Assembly (NCBI GenBank): GCA_034780895.1
Contig: JAUZTB010000068.1
Coordinates: 22,994,781 to 23,058,780 of the forward strand
DNA length: 64,000 nucleotides
Direction: 5' to 3'
Source: Rhynchobatus australiae
Taxonomy: Eukaryota
Shown: positions 53,312-64,000 of the stretch, in pieces
Position numbering within the stretch: the stretch's first letter is position 1
How the letters are laid out: every line of letters starts with the position of its first letter
Notes under the pieces: model-generated
What the model was told of the DNA's origin: nothing
The model's database searches: none
What the model saw: only the letters and a program-made list of their open reading frames with translations
Program-made: the position numbers and the translations under genes

Positions 53312-55201
53312 GTACGTGCCCTTATTTGTCAAACACTTTATTGCCCTTCCAGCTTCTATTTGAGTAGATTGTCAGGCCATTTATTTCCTTCCATTTATTA
53401 GTCATAGAGTTATACAGCTCAGAAACAGGCCCTTCAGCCCAACTTGTCATATGATAATGCAACTTCAACATTTACTAATAAAATATTCATAAATAAGATC
53501 TTGAGGTAATGGGGCACTCACACTGGTATATTCATCTAATAAATGCAAATTCCACTGAGTTTAATTTTGTGTTTTTGTTTTTCTTCACTTGAAGAAATTG
53601 TAAAATACAATGCAGTACATTTATTAGTGGAATAAAAAGCATTTCAAATCTTTTTCATTATTGTCCTAAAGCTTTCCAAGGTAAAGCTAGCTGTATTTCA
53701 TGCGCAGGAAAGGTGTTTTCTGAAAAGTCGATAGGGCTGGCTTATTTACCAGTGGGACTTTTTTTAAAAAACTGGATTTTATGGGTATTGTACCTCTTTA
53801 TTGCTGTGGTCCAGGTTTCAACAATCCCCCAACATTATTTGTAGCTCCCAGGTAACAATTATGGGGAAACACCTCAGGTTTCACCTCATTAAAAAGTCAG
53901 CAGATGTTGAACAACTGCAAATTTTCCAAGGTATGCAATGGGTGATTTGCCTTATGGTTAGTGGCAAATGACAGAATAAAAGCCCCTCCAATCTGCAGTG
54001 GAGACTGGGTGGTACCACTGCCCTTTGTCCTGGGTAAAGGCGATTTCATGATGAGGCTGAGTTCTACTGATCATTCATCAGAATGCCGGTTGAAGATCAT
54101 CTGATCTCCTAGAGGCAAGGTTGTGTTGCATGATCAGGAGAAATTCAAAAGAAATTCAAGCTGAAGCTCTGATTAAATTGAAGAGTGCATAATAAGAGTC
54201 AGGTGTTGGGATCCTTGAATTTTCAGATGAGGTTCAATTGAATTGCATAGAGATGTTAGACGAAAGGCCAGACCAGGTAGTCAATGGTACCTTGGTATGA
54301 ATGTGAGTGATGAGGCTTCACGTAGGTGGGATAAAGTTTAGAGAGGGCATATTGATCAAAATCGGGCATCCAATCCCTACCTCTATGTATTAAAAGTGGC
54401 CTCCAATTTGATACTGTGTCTGCTCGGAGCAGGGTGAATGCTGGAAGCATGATGATAATGGATGTACATTGGTCTTTAGTTGGTTAGGGAGGGAAATATC
54501 AGCACTTGGAAGCTTGTACGTGCAGGGTTAATTTCAGCTCTGATAGTTTTTCCTCTCTTTCCCACACAATATGTATGAATATCCTGTCAATATTCACCAA
54601 CTCCTCTGTNNNNNNNNNNNNNNNNNNNNNNNNNNNNNNNNNNNNNNNNNNNNNNNNNNNNNNNNNNNNNNNNNNNNNNNNNNNNNNNNNNNNNNNNNNN
54701 NNNNNNNNNNNNNNNNNNNNNNNNNNNNNNNNNNNNNNNNNNNNNNNNNNNNNNNNNNNNNNNNNNNNNNNNNNNNNNNNNNNNNNNNNNNNNNNNNNNN
54801 NNNNNNNNNNNNNNNNNNNNNNNNNNNNNNNNNNNNNNNNNNNNNNNNNNNNNNNNNNNNNNNNNNNNNNNNNNNNNNNNNNNNNNNNNNNNNNNNNNNN
54901 NNNNNNNNNNNNNNNNNNNNNNNNNNNNNNNNNNNNNNNNNNNNNNNNNNNNNNNNNNNNTGCTTAATCAGTAGCCAGAGAAAGCCAGCAAGCGCAGTGA
55001 ATGGGATGGTGTGAGTTTGGACAGCAGCATAACACTTTTGCAGACCTCTGGTTTCCGTAGTTGAGGCTAAGGAATAAAGTTTGTGGCAGGGGCAGAAAAT
55101 GATGACTATGTCTTTTCCATTCCTTGTAGAGAACATTTTGGCAAATCCAATAATGGATTGTGTTACTAATGAGGTATTTTTTGGCTGATTGTCCCCATCA
55201 G

Positions 55202-55371
55202 GTACCCGTAAACTTGAATACAATGGCAACACCTGGCATGAAGGCTGCTTTATTTGTCACACCTGTGAGCAGCCAATAGGATCAAAGGCCTTTGTACCCG
55301 ATAAGAGTGAGATTTACTGCGTGCCTTGCTACGAGAACCACTTTGCTCCACGATGCTTCCATTGCAAGAAG
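55202..55371 (+). CDS. FHL3: FHL3 coding exon 3 (LIM2): (G)TRKLEYNGNTWHEGCFICHTCEQPIGSKAFVPDKSEIYCVPCYENHFAPRCFHCKK
   Basis: Inside ORF 55189..55389. Acceptor ccccatcag, donor AAG|GTAATG, 170 nt, phase 1 to 0. Matches FHL3 RKLEY..WHE.CF.C..CEQP.GS..FVPDK...YCVPCYEN.FAPRC. Confidence 0.97.
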
Positions 55372-55639
55372 GTAATGACTGAACCTTGATTTGAGAATAC
55401 CCTCTCCAAAGATAGGCACAGACGTATACGTGGTATGTGAGGCCTCTTGACTTCAGGGCAGGGTAAGAACTGAAACTATGTCACTGCAGTAAGAGAAATT
55501 TTTAGCTTTGGGATTGTTACTTAAATGTACAAGCTGTTACTGAGACGATTGTAGTTGAGATAGCAGAAGGTTATATTTTTGTTCTCGGAATCCAGAGCCC
55601 TGGAATACCAAAGACATGAATTCAGATCTCATTCTTGCA

Positions 55640-55950
55640 GTGAGAGAGGTAAAAGAGGTAGAAACGAGCACTGTGGGGTTGGGGAACAATGAGGTTGGAG
55701 GCTGTGGAGGGGAGATCTCCAGAGGTGATAAGGTGGGTGATGGTGCGAGAGATGGTGACCTGATGATCCTCAGTGGGGCCCTGGACCAGGGGTAGGTACG
55801 AGAAGGTGTCTGAGAGCCACTGTAAAATAGGTAGAAATGAGTAATGCAGTCCAGGTGGAGGGTCTCGACCTGAAACGTTGACTGCCCATTTCCCTCCATA
55901 GGTGCTGCCTGACCTGCTGAGTTCCTCCAGTGTCTCCTTTGTGTTGCTCA
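55640..55950. mobile_element. Penelope-like fragment: minus-strand ORF piece next to a plus-strand terminal repeat, in FHL3 coding intron 3
   Basis: ORF 55622..55951(-) LSDTFSYLPL..GPTEDHQ..IS.TI..LI.SGDLPSTASNLIVPQP..ARFYL is PLE pre-RT sequence. 55846-55935 is homologous to 39334-39420. Confidence 0.8.
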
Positions 55951-56655
55951 CTGACAGTGGCTGAAATTAAATTCTTAAAACCATGGAACTTGTTTTACAG
56001 CCAGAACCCTTCCTGCTCATCCTGGATGGAGAACGACTGAGATGAGTTTAATTTTCCATCTCACAGTCCATGGCCTTGTAAATTAACTCACTTCAAGTGC
56101 TCACCCAGATACTTTTTAAATGTGATGAGGACTTGTGCCTCCACTACCCCTTCAGGCAGTGAGGGTGAGAAAATTGCTCTTTCCTTCTACTTTCAAACTA
56201 ATCCCCAGATATTGACCTGTGTGGCAAGGCAAAGTGCTCTTATGGTGGACGGAATGAACTTGGCTTTGTGGATCAAAATATCCTCTAGTTGTTATGAATG
56301 TTTTTCCCAATTAAGTACAATCTGCTGCTACTCAACGTAAGGAATGCATTTTCCAACCTGTCAGCTTGCAGAACTGCTGAGCTCAACATACCACTGATAC
56401 TCTGCTAATGTTGATCCCTTAGATTCCCCCATTTTAAAAGCACTTGTATCAATACTACAATTGTATATCAGAGAAGCATGAAGGTGCCAATTGTTAATCC
56501 ATTTGCTGGCTCTGATTACTACTGGCTGAATGTCCTTTTACATTGTCTTTGTAGCTTTTACCAGTCTCTAAAGACTGCTGAATGTGCTTATCTTGACAGT
56601 AAAGAATTAATCTTGTGCAGGGATAAATCTAATCTCCCCTTCTGAACATCTGCAG

Positions 56656-56842
56656 GCCCTGACCAAAGGAGGTGTTACTTACCATGATGAGCCTTATCAT
56701 AAGGAATGCTTTGTCTGCAGTGGATGCAAGACTCAGCTGGCTGGCCAGCACTTCACCTCCCGGGAGGAATCTCCGTACTGCCTCAAGTGCTTTGGGAACC
56801 TGTATGCCAAGAAATGTGCAGCCTGTGCCAAACCCATCACAG
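56656..56842 (+). CDS. FHL3: FHL3 coding exon 4 (LIM3): ALTKGGVTYHDEPYHKECFVCSGCKTQLAGQHFTSREESPYCLKCFGNLYAKKCAACAKPIT(G)
   Basis: Translated by hand. Acceptor catctgcag, donor CAG|GTAAAC, 187 nt, phase 0 to 1. LIM zinc-ligand spacing intact. Confidence 0.96.
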
Positions 56843-57254
56843 GTAAACAGCTGTGTCTCTCAGCTTCTTCTGATGGTGCCCTTCTGGCTGGCTGCCAGTC
56901 TAACTGAAACTGGGAGCATGGTAGAATTTCTGCAAGATATCTTGCAGAAAAATGTGCCTAGCTGCATTTGTAGATCAATTCAATTGCCACAATTTACAGT
57001 AAAGATTGTAACGTCGTAAGAAAGTTATACTTGTAGACAAAGCTTGGTGTTCTTGCATCATTTCCTTAACTTTACCATATAATCAATGTGCTGGTAGAAA
57101 TGTACTGGGCTCACAGTTTGCAAGCAAGTAAGTCCAGGTATTTATAATTAAGTGTATTAACTGTTAATCAAATTTCAAAGCTTAATGCAATTGTGGTGTA
57201 GTTATCAATAGACAATAAGTAATGCCAGTGTCTGTCGTGATTTGATTGTACCCC

Positions 57255-57550
57255 TCTTATCTCTGAGAAGGTTGTAGGGTCAAGTCCTATTGCAGAGTCC
57301 TGAGCACATCGAGGCTGACACTGAGGAAGTGCTGTGCTGCACTGTTGAAGGTGCTGTCTTTTGCACGAGACATTAAAACCAAGAGCCAGACTGCTCTCAC
57401 TCTAGCAGATATCAAAGAATTTGTAATCAAAGAACATTAAGGGCAAATTGACTACTCCACTTCTTGCATTACCACAATGACTGCATTTTCAAAGCTCTTT
57501 AATTAGCTTTGTGCTTTTTACATTTGTGAAAGGTGTTTTGTAAATGCAAG
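57255..57550 (+). mobile_element. Decayed DeuSINE-like (SacSINE1/AmnSINE1-type) element
   Basis: gaaggttgtagggtcaagtcc...gctgacact...gtgctgcactgttgaaggtgctgtctttt.cacgagacattaaa resembles my recollection of the Deu-domain consensus. Related copies near 36075, 59230 and (minus) 9450, 19650, 25230. Confidence 0.5.
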
Positions 57551-59229
57551 TTCAACTTCGACCATCCTTTACAGACTTGGCAGAAGTACTTAAGGACATT
57601 TTCTATGTAGTTAAGCACCATTAGCACTTCGCAGGAAGGTTATTAAATATAATTTCCAACAAAATGAGATGTTTAAGAACTTAATCAAAGACCTACATTT
57701 TACTCAGATCTTATCATACCTTGAAAAGTCCCCATATGCTTTACAATCTCCCATGATACTTTTGAAATGCAGTCAGTGATAGATAGTAAGGTATCCATTT
57801 TGCCCTTCAAATCTATGTGGCTATTTCCACAATTCCATTGGGAAACTCTTGCATGGAAACTGGATGAAAAATCAAGGTTACAGAGAGCCCCAGGATGCCA
57901 AGTTTGTAGTGAGGGTACAGTGCAGATTCAAAAAAAAATGCTGCCTGCTGGGAGAGAATATAAATATAAAGCAAGCTTTTTCGAAAAAAAAACGGGAATA
58001 TTTTCATTGGATCAGAGCCTACCCCAATAAACTGATAAGGTTCTGAAGGGTTGCAACACAGTAAAAGGACAATGATTGTTTCCAGTGTTTGAAGAGTCCA
58101 GAATGAAGGGAGATAAAAAGATTTACATGTGAAAAATCTAGGACAGGGAAAGGAAGGATTTTTATATGAGGATTATGAAGCTGCGATGTATACTGTCATG
58201 ATTGATGATTGAAACAGAAATCCCGATAGTTAAGAACGGGTAGGTGGTTACAGAAGGAGAATAAAGGAATTTGGGAATGGGTCAGATATATGACAGTGTG
58301 GTCACTGCTCTTGAGAAAGTTATGGAGAGGCTGGACAGTGTGGCCTGTCTCATGGTAGTAATTTTTAAGTCCCACTCTTTCAGTGACCACCAACAGTGAG
58401 GCAGACTTTTAGCATATTCTAGCCTTCCTATCAAATGAGCTCATGAGCTTTGAACTAAAGCCCGTGGTCTGGGGGGTTGTAGATGGCCTCAACCAGCACA
58501 CATCTAACCAAACACAGAACCAGCTGTTCTGGTTTTACCCAGTTTGAGGTTACATGGTTCTGCACAAATAGTGAACATCAGCTGATTAATGGGCATTTTA
58601 CCCTGCAAGCATGCTTTATTTCTGTGGATGCAAGTATGATGGATTTGGACAGTAACAGATCCCCAACTTGTGCTCTAAACCTTTTACTTCAATGTACAGA
58701 TGTATCTCAGATCTGCAGGAAGTAATGAAAAATGTTAAGTCTTGTTCTGGTATCATCCAATGGTTTTAGTGGGGATGTGTTAGACCCGCCAATAGGTGAG
58801 ACTGACTTCCTGTTTTCAATACCAAGGAGTGGGGTGTTGAGAAATGGAACAATTTGCTCCATTCAGTTACAATGGCATGTACACACAGCCACAGAGAACA
58901 GTCCATTGTGACAAGGTGACATTTCCCAGCTGTGACACACTGGCCAGTTTTCTCTGGGTCCCTTTTGAACTTTGGACAAACCAATTTCCTCACGCTCCTT
59001 TGAACCACTCGGGCAAGGAAACTTTCAGNNNNNNNNNNNNNNNNNNNNNNCTATTCAAGTGGCTCAGCCACACATATTTAAACTATTGCTTTGTGAGCTG
59101 TACTTTGTTGCTGATAACTGGTGTTATACAGTAAAGAAGGAACTGGTCTTTGGAATAGGGGTAAAACAATCAGGGTGATGCTCCTGCAAGTGAATATCCT
59201 TCCTTGGTGTTGAGCCTGAACCTTATTCC

Positions 59230-59550
59230 CAGACTTAAGTACTAAAGACAAGGTTGACGCTCCAGTTCAGTGTTGAATCAGTGCTGCATTGTAGGAAATA
59301 CTATCTCATGGATGTTACATTATCCTCAGGTCCTGAAGGTGATCCCGTGACTGGACAAGGAGCAAGAGTTATCCCAGTGCTTTGGACCAATATGCATTCC
59401 TAAATCAACAGATTATCTGTCTGGTTATTATCACTTGCTGTACACAAGTCACCTGCCATAAAGCCTAATTTACAAAGGTGGCTCAACTCTATTTCATTAG
59501 CTGTTAAGTGCTTTGGGATATTCGGAGCTCATAAAAGACCCTATATGAAG
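59230..59550 (+). mobile_element. Decayed DeuSINE-like element
   Basis: ggttgacgctccagttcagtgttga...gtgctgcattgtagga...ggagcaagagttatcccagtg...acagattatctg...ttcattagctgttaagtgctttgggat. Confidence 0.45.
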
Positions 59551-61894
59551 GCAGGGTTCATGTGTCAGCTGAGTGAGGTGAAGCAGGGAAGTCTGGAGTC
59601 CCAGGTGTGAGGGAAAGCTCAGACAATGGGAACTTGCAAACCATCTGCAAGTGCAAAACTCGTCTTGTTTCTCCACTGCTTTAGTCTGTAATGTCTCCCG
59701 GACCCTGGCACTGTGTGACTCCTGACAGTTTTGATTTAAATTGTTCCATTAATCTTTTTTCTTTTACTACAAAGCCATCTCTTTGGTATCTTTAAAAAGA
59801 ATCAACTCCCAGCTGTGACAAAAGGTTCTCTGCCTGCTGTGAATGGCACCTCCAGGCACATTCTGCCATATTCACAGGAATATCAGAACACTTTCTGTCA
59901 CACTTGAAAGGCAGAAATCAGTAAGAAAAATATCCCGATGTTTTTCTTAGTCCTGCGCCAAGGTTCTAAAGTTAAAGCTTTGAAAAGAAGCCCCTCTGGA
60001 ATCAAATATTTTGTGATAACGTTAATCAGAATACACACTGGTATCTCTTAAATTAACAACAATAAAGCATTTGTAACAATGATAGTTGGTCCCCCTATGG
60101 GCAGTGAATGCTGATGAACCCTTTTGATCCATTAATTGAAAGCCATGTAAATCTGTTCTAATTTATGATTGTTTTTATTAACGACTACACTGCTCGTGTA
60201 TACACAGTACATTTTAGGGGCCATTAATATGCCTTTCATAGGAGGCCTGTTTAGCAGTTGCATGAGGTTCATGAATTATTGTTGAAATGAAAAAGCCATT
60301 TTTGATTGAATGAACACTTGATGTGACTTGAAGAACGCTCTTATGGAGTAATGCGCATTTGCAGTTGGGAGGGAGCTGAGGTAATGAGCACTGAGATCTG
60401 CATCTTTTTAAAAAAAATGTTGATTAATTACAGTGAATTTAACAAATTCTTGAAAATTGATTGAATTTTGCAAGATGGCTGCCTTCCCTCCTCCGTTAAA
60501 CTAACCAGCACAGACAGAGAAAGTAAAAACAGCAAAAAGTACCCTGATTTAAGTAAATATGAGAGTTGGTGTGCTGCTGAAATATGTAAACAGGGAGTCG
60601 ATGAGCTTGGTCCCCAGTCTTTGTTTAGTTGGTTGAATGGAGATGGGGTAACAGCAAGGAGCATTAGAATTGGCCTAATGCTTGCAGATAGAGTGGAGAA
60701 AGGTCAGCCACTGATTCCAGTTGAACAGCAGACATGTTTGAGGACTGGACTAGGCTCAGATCCTGCCTCAGACTCACTTCTAGCTCCTCAGTCTCCAACT
60801 CTGCTGGGACTCNNNNNNNNNNNNNNNNNNNNNNNNNNNNNNNNNNNNNNNNNNNNNNNNNNNNNNNNNNNNNNNNNNNNNNNNNNNNNNNNNNNNNNNN
60901 NNNNNNNNNNNNTCATTGGTTAAACTTGCAATGACAAGTGGGTGCTTTTCAGGGTGACCACGGATTCAAGCCAAACAACATGGTATTTCAAGAGAAAAGT
61001 TGAGATAAGTTGATGGCAGTAGTGCAAAGATAGGAAAGGTGGGAGGACAAGGAAACAGGCTCAATAAATGACTCATGGTTGGGTTTTGCATGCATTCAAG
61101 TTTGTGACCTGCTAATCCTGTTACTCAGCCATGGACTTTCTACACACTGGAAAATGTATTTAGTGAATTGACCCTGGATCTTCCAACTGGTGCATATGCA
61201 GCTTCTGATCTTTGATGCGTCATATGCCAATCAAACTGAGTCAGAGTCCTAGCTGCAGTTCAGTCCAAAGTGTCTGGAACCCTAGAAACTTCTCTGGATT
61301 ATCAAGAGACTTCACACCAAACCTGGGGATACCCAGCTGTGTTTTGTGAGTTGCAGTGATTGCTCTGGAAAATATTTACATTGCTAAATCAACTATTTAT
61401 ATTGCTCAATGATCTAGCTTTGAAGTTGTGCCATCATTGTAATTTAGGCTTTATGGCAAGTGATTTGTGCTTGACAAGTTCCCACACAAGTGATAATGAC
61501 CAGGTAATCTGTCGATTTAGGAGCTGTCAATTTATATAATTATATTGCAAAGAAAATTAAATGTTGGTGAGTTTGTCAAAAGAAACCTTCTGCAACATTT
61601 TTGGAGAAACATGTCTAATGTAGATGTTTATGGGAAAAACTAGTTGATAAACACTTTTGCCATTGCTCCTGTATTGCAGGCAAAGTCTGAATTATTCCTT
61701 TTGCCATTACATAAATGTGTTTAAAATCATCAGGATGACTAACTGGTAGTACAGAAGCTGGTGATCACTACTATTGGACAGAGTTTGCCTTTGCACTTCA
61801 GGCAGTATTTACAGAGTGCCATTACCGCTTGCTTGAGGCATGCCGCCATTGATTGACTGCTTCTAAAAAGCCTCTCTCTCTCTCTCTCTCGAAG

Positions 61895-62046
61895 GTTTTG
61901 GAGGCGGCAAATACATTTCCTTTGAAGATCGCCAGTGGCACCAGAGCTGCTTCTCCTGCTCACGATGCTCGGCCTCACTGGTTGGAAAAGGATTTTTTCC
62001 CGAGAAGGATGATATTCTTTGCCGCGAATGTAACAGTGACTTATGA
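61895..62046 (+). CDS. FHL3: FHL3 terminal coding exon (LIM4): (G)FGGGKYISFEDRQWHQSCFSCSRCSASLVGKGFFPEKDDILCRECNSDL*
   Basis: Translated by hand. (CT)n tract then gaag acceptor, phase 1, TGA stop at 62044-62046. Completes an 840-nt CDS. Confidence 0.96.
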
Positions 62047-62408
62047 ATTGATTGTTGACTCCAGTTCCATTCTTCATATATTTTTGTACATTTAAGTTGC
62101 ACCAGTCCAGCACTAGGCCATTTAAAGCACAGTTTGTACCCTGGAGAAGATCTTCCCTTTTTGTACTTTTCCTAGTGTCATTTTATGATTACCGTGCAGG
62201 TTGCCTCCTCTCCCCTTAGCAACACTCTAGAGAGGCTAAGCAACTTTTGATAAGAGTTTTATCAGCTAGATTTTTTTTCCCTAATCACATTGGTGGGATG
62301 TTGAAATGGGTAATTTCTATTTCTTATTCTATAAAGTTACACTTGTGCTTTCTTACACAACACATTTAAGATGTCAGATGCATAACCAAGCTATCCTAAT
62401 GGTTAAAA

Positions 62409-62414
62409 AATAAA
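62409..62414 (+). promoter_or_regulatory. Candidate polyadenylation signal for FHL3
   Basis: AATAAA about 360 nt downstream of the stop codon; motif only. Confidence 0.4.
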
Positions 62415-64000
62415 CATACAGGGGCAAAAATTCAGCTTGGCTAGAATGCAAAATGATGCTAAATATGCTTCCCATCATATATCATGCTTGATTTTACCAT
62501 CCATTGACTAATTGTAGAATGATCTGTACGTATGACAGGCAGGCAATCTAGTACCATCCATGTTACATGTCTACTCAAGCTGAGATCATACTGAGCCATT
62601 CACCCCCAAGGAACTCTGATTTGATCCCTAGATTGTGGTGACTGTATTCAGCTCAGCCATGGTCACGTTACGATGCTGCAATTCCAGAACTGAAGATNNN
62701 NNNNNNNNNNNNNNNNNNNNNNNNNNNNNNNNNNNNNNNNNNNNNNNNNNNNNNNNNNNNNNNNNNNNNNNNNNNNNNNNNNNNNNNNNNNNNNNNNCTT
62801 CACAATGATGTGAGACTTGCAGGATAACATACAAAGCAAGACAAGCAGAAGTCCAGGACATTGATTACATCTGCCCACACCAATTATGGCTAAAGCTTCG
62901 TAATTAACTACTTCTTACACACTGCAATATTCCGAAGCCTTCCTTCCACACATACTCTCTTCTGGTATCACGCTCCAAATGTCCACCCACAGCCGTGTAT
63001 CCTTCTGGCTGAAATTCATCACTGACTTCCCCAGGTGATCAAAACCTGTCCAGGAGATCATATGGATCATAATTATTCTAAACAATTCACAATATATTTA
63101 CTCAAATCAAACTGCCTTGTTCTACTGACCTAATTCAGAGACCAGCTAAGCTATATGAAGTACTAAGTACTCAATTAAAGATATCAATTAAAGATAGAAA
63201 TGGACTGCCAGTGATTTTCCACCCCCACCCCTTCTCCATAGCCTAGCCAAGGTTCTACAAGAATAGCTTCTCAGAAAGGTATTTCAGAGTGAATGATTTT
63301 CTCGTCTCATGGCAAGATATCATTTCCAATTGGTTGAATGTACAGTGAAATCATTGACTTCACTACATCTCTTCTTGATTCTACTGCTTGATTCTAACTT
63401 AGGAAGAGGGATTTTTCCATATGGTCGTTAGGAACAAGGTGCAACACTGGACACTAAAACACGTCATACACATCACAAACGTCCTGAGGCACCTGAACTG
63501 CAGGGATGTCCCATATCATCCAGGTACATTCAAATATTTCAAGGGCAGCAGAACACAAAGGTATTGTTTGGAGTGGTGAGATGGAGGTTTTGATTGGACA
63601 TCTGGAAGCAATTCTTTATTCAAAGTGTTACTGTTCTTTAGAGTAGGTAGTTAATGGAATGTCTGAGGTGCAAAACCAAATTCATTTAAGAAGCATCTTG
63701 ATGTTACAGCTGAAGGACTGCAGGGTTGGTATTCTGGAACACTGAGAGTAAATTGACTTCACAAAGCAATGCCCTTCCAGTTATCCTCTGCTCGCTTGGT
63801 AATAATAGGTCATGCCATTCTATCTGTTACTTGGTAACTGATGAAATTAACTCCACTTCCACTATTGAAGTCCTTGACATCAGCTTCTTTGCACCCGTCC
63901 ATTAGTTAACTGACCTGATCATTAATTAAACACGTTTTTCACAGCAGATCATCCAGTATCCACATCAGTTCATTTACCAATAAGATAATGGTTCATTGCA

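Noticed and set aside
55196-55207. CAG|GTACCC, resembling a recursive splice site
   Set aside because: Explained by the conserved split Gly codon (G|GT) at a phase-1 junction, and a poor donor consensus.
60468-60812. Open frame in the last FHL3 intron as a possible FHL1B-like cassette exon
   Set aside because: Weak acceptor, no clear donor before the gap, and no similarity to the basic FHL1B insert.
47975-62046. Alternative assignment as FHL2, FHL1 or FHL5
   Set aside because: ELFYEDRH, LADEPFTCQ, LLCNDCYC, FVPDK, FAPRC and GGGKY.SFEDR match FHL3 rather than its paralogs.

Overview
Eukaryotic, vertebrate genomic DNA from a gapped draft assembly with many N runs. The repeat content (tRNA-derived SINEs, Deu-type SINEs, CR1/L2, RTE, Rex1/Babar, Penelope-like elements) suggests a cartilaginous fish; this is inference. 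One protein-coding gene is well supported: FHL3 (four and a half LIM domains 3) on the + strand. It has five coding exons (47975-48130, 53137-53311, 55202-55371, 56656-56842, 61895-62046; 156+175+170+187+152 = 840 nt, 279 aa), all with GT-AG introns and consistent phases. The upstream ~48 kb holds no other coding exon I can recognise and is mostly decayed retroelements. Points worth follow-up: (1) Penelope-derived terminal repeats carrying minimal hammerhead-ribozyme motifs, all with substitutions in the catalytic core; (2) a candidate TATA-proximal first exon near 30.5 kb that would splice in frame and add an N-terminal extension to FHL3; (3) an open KyoT2/FHL1C-equivalent alternative frame in the last exon that lacks the RBPJ-binding motif; (4) SINEs with the same head but different LINE-derived tails; (5) a ~140 bp inverted repeat of unexplained origin. 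I see no convincing evidence of a wholly new biological system; the findings are testable hypotheses.
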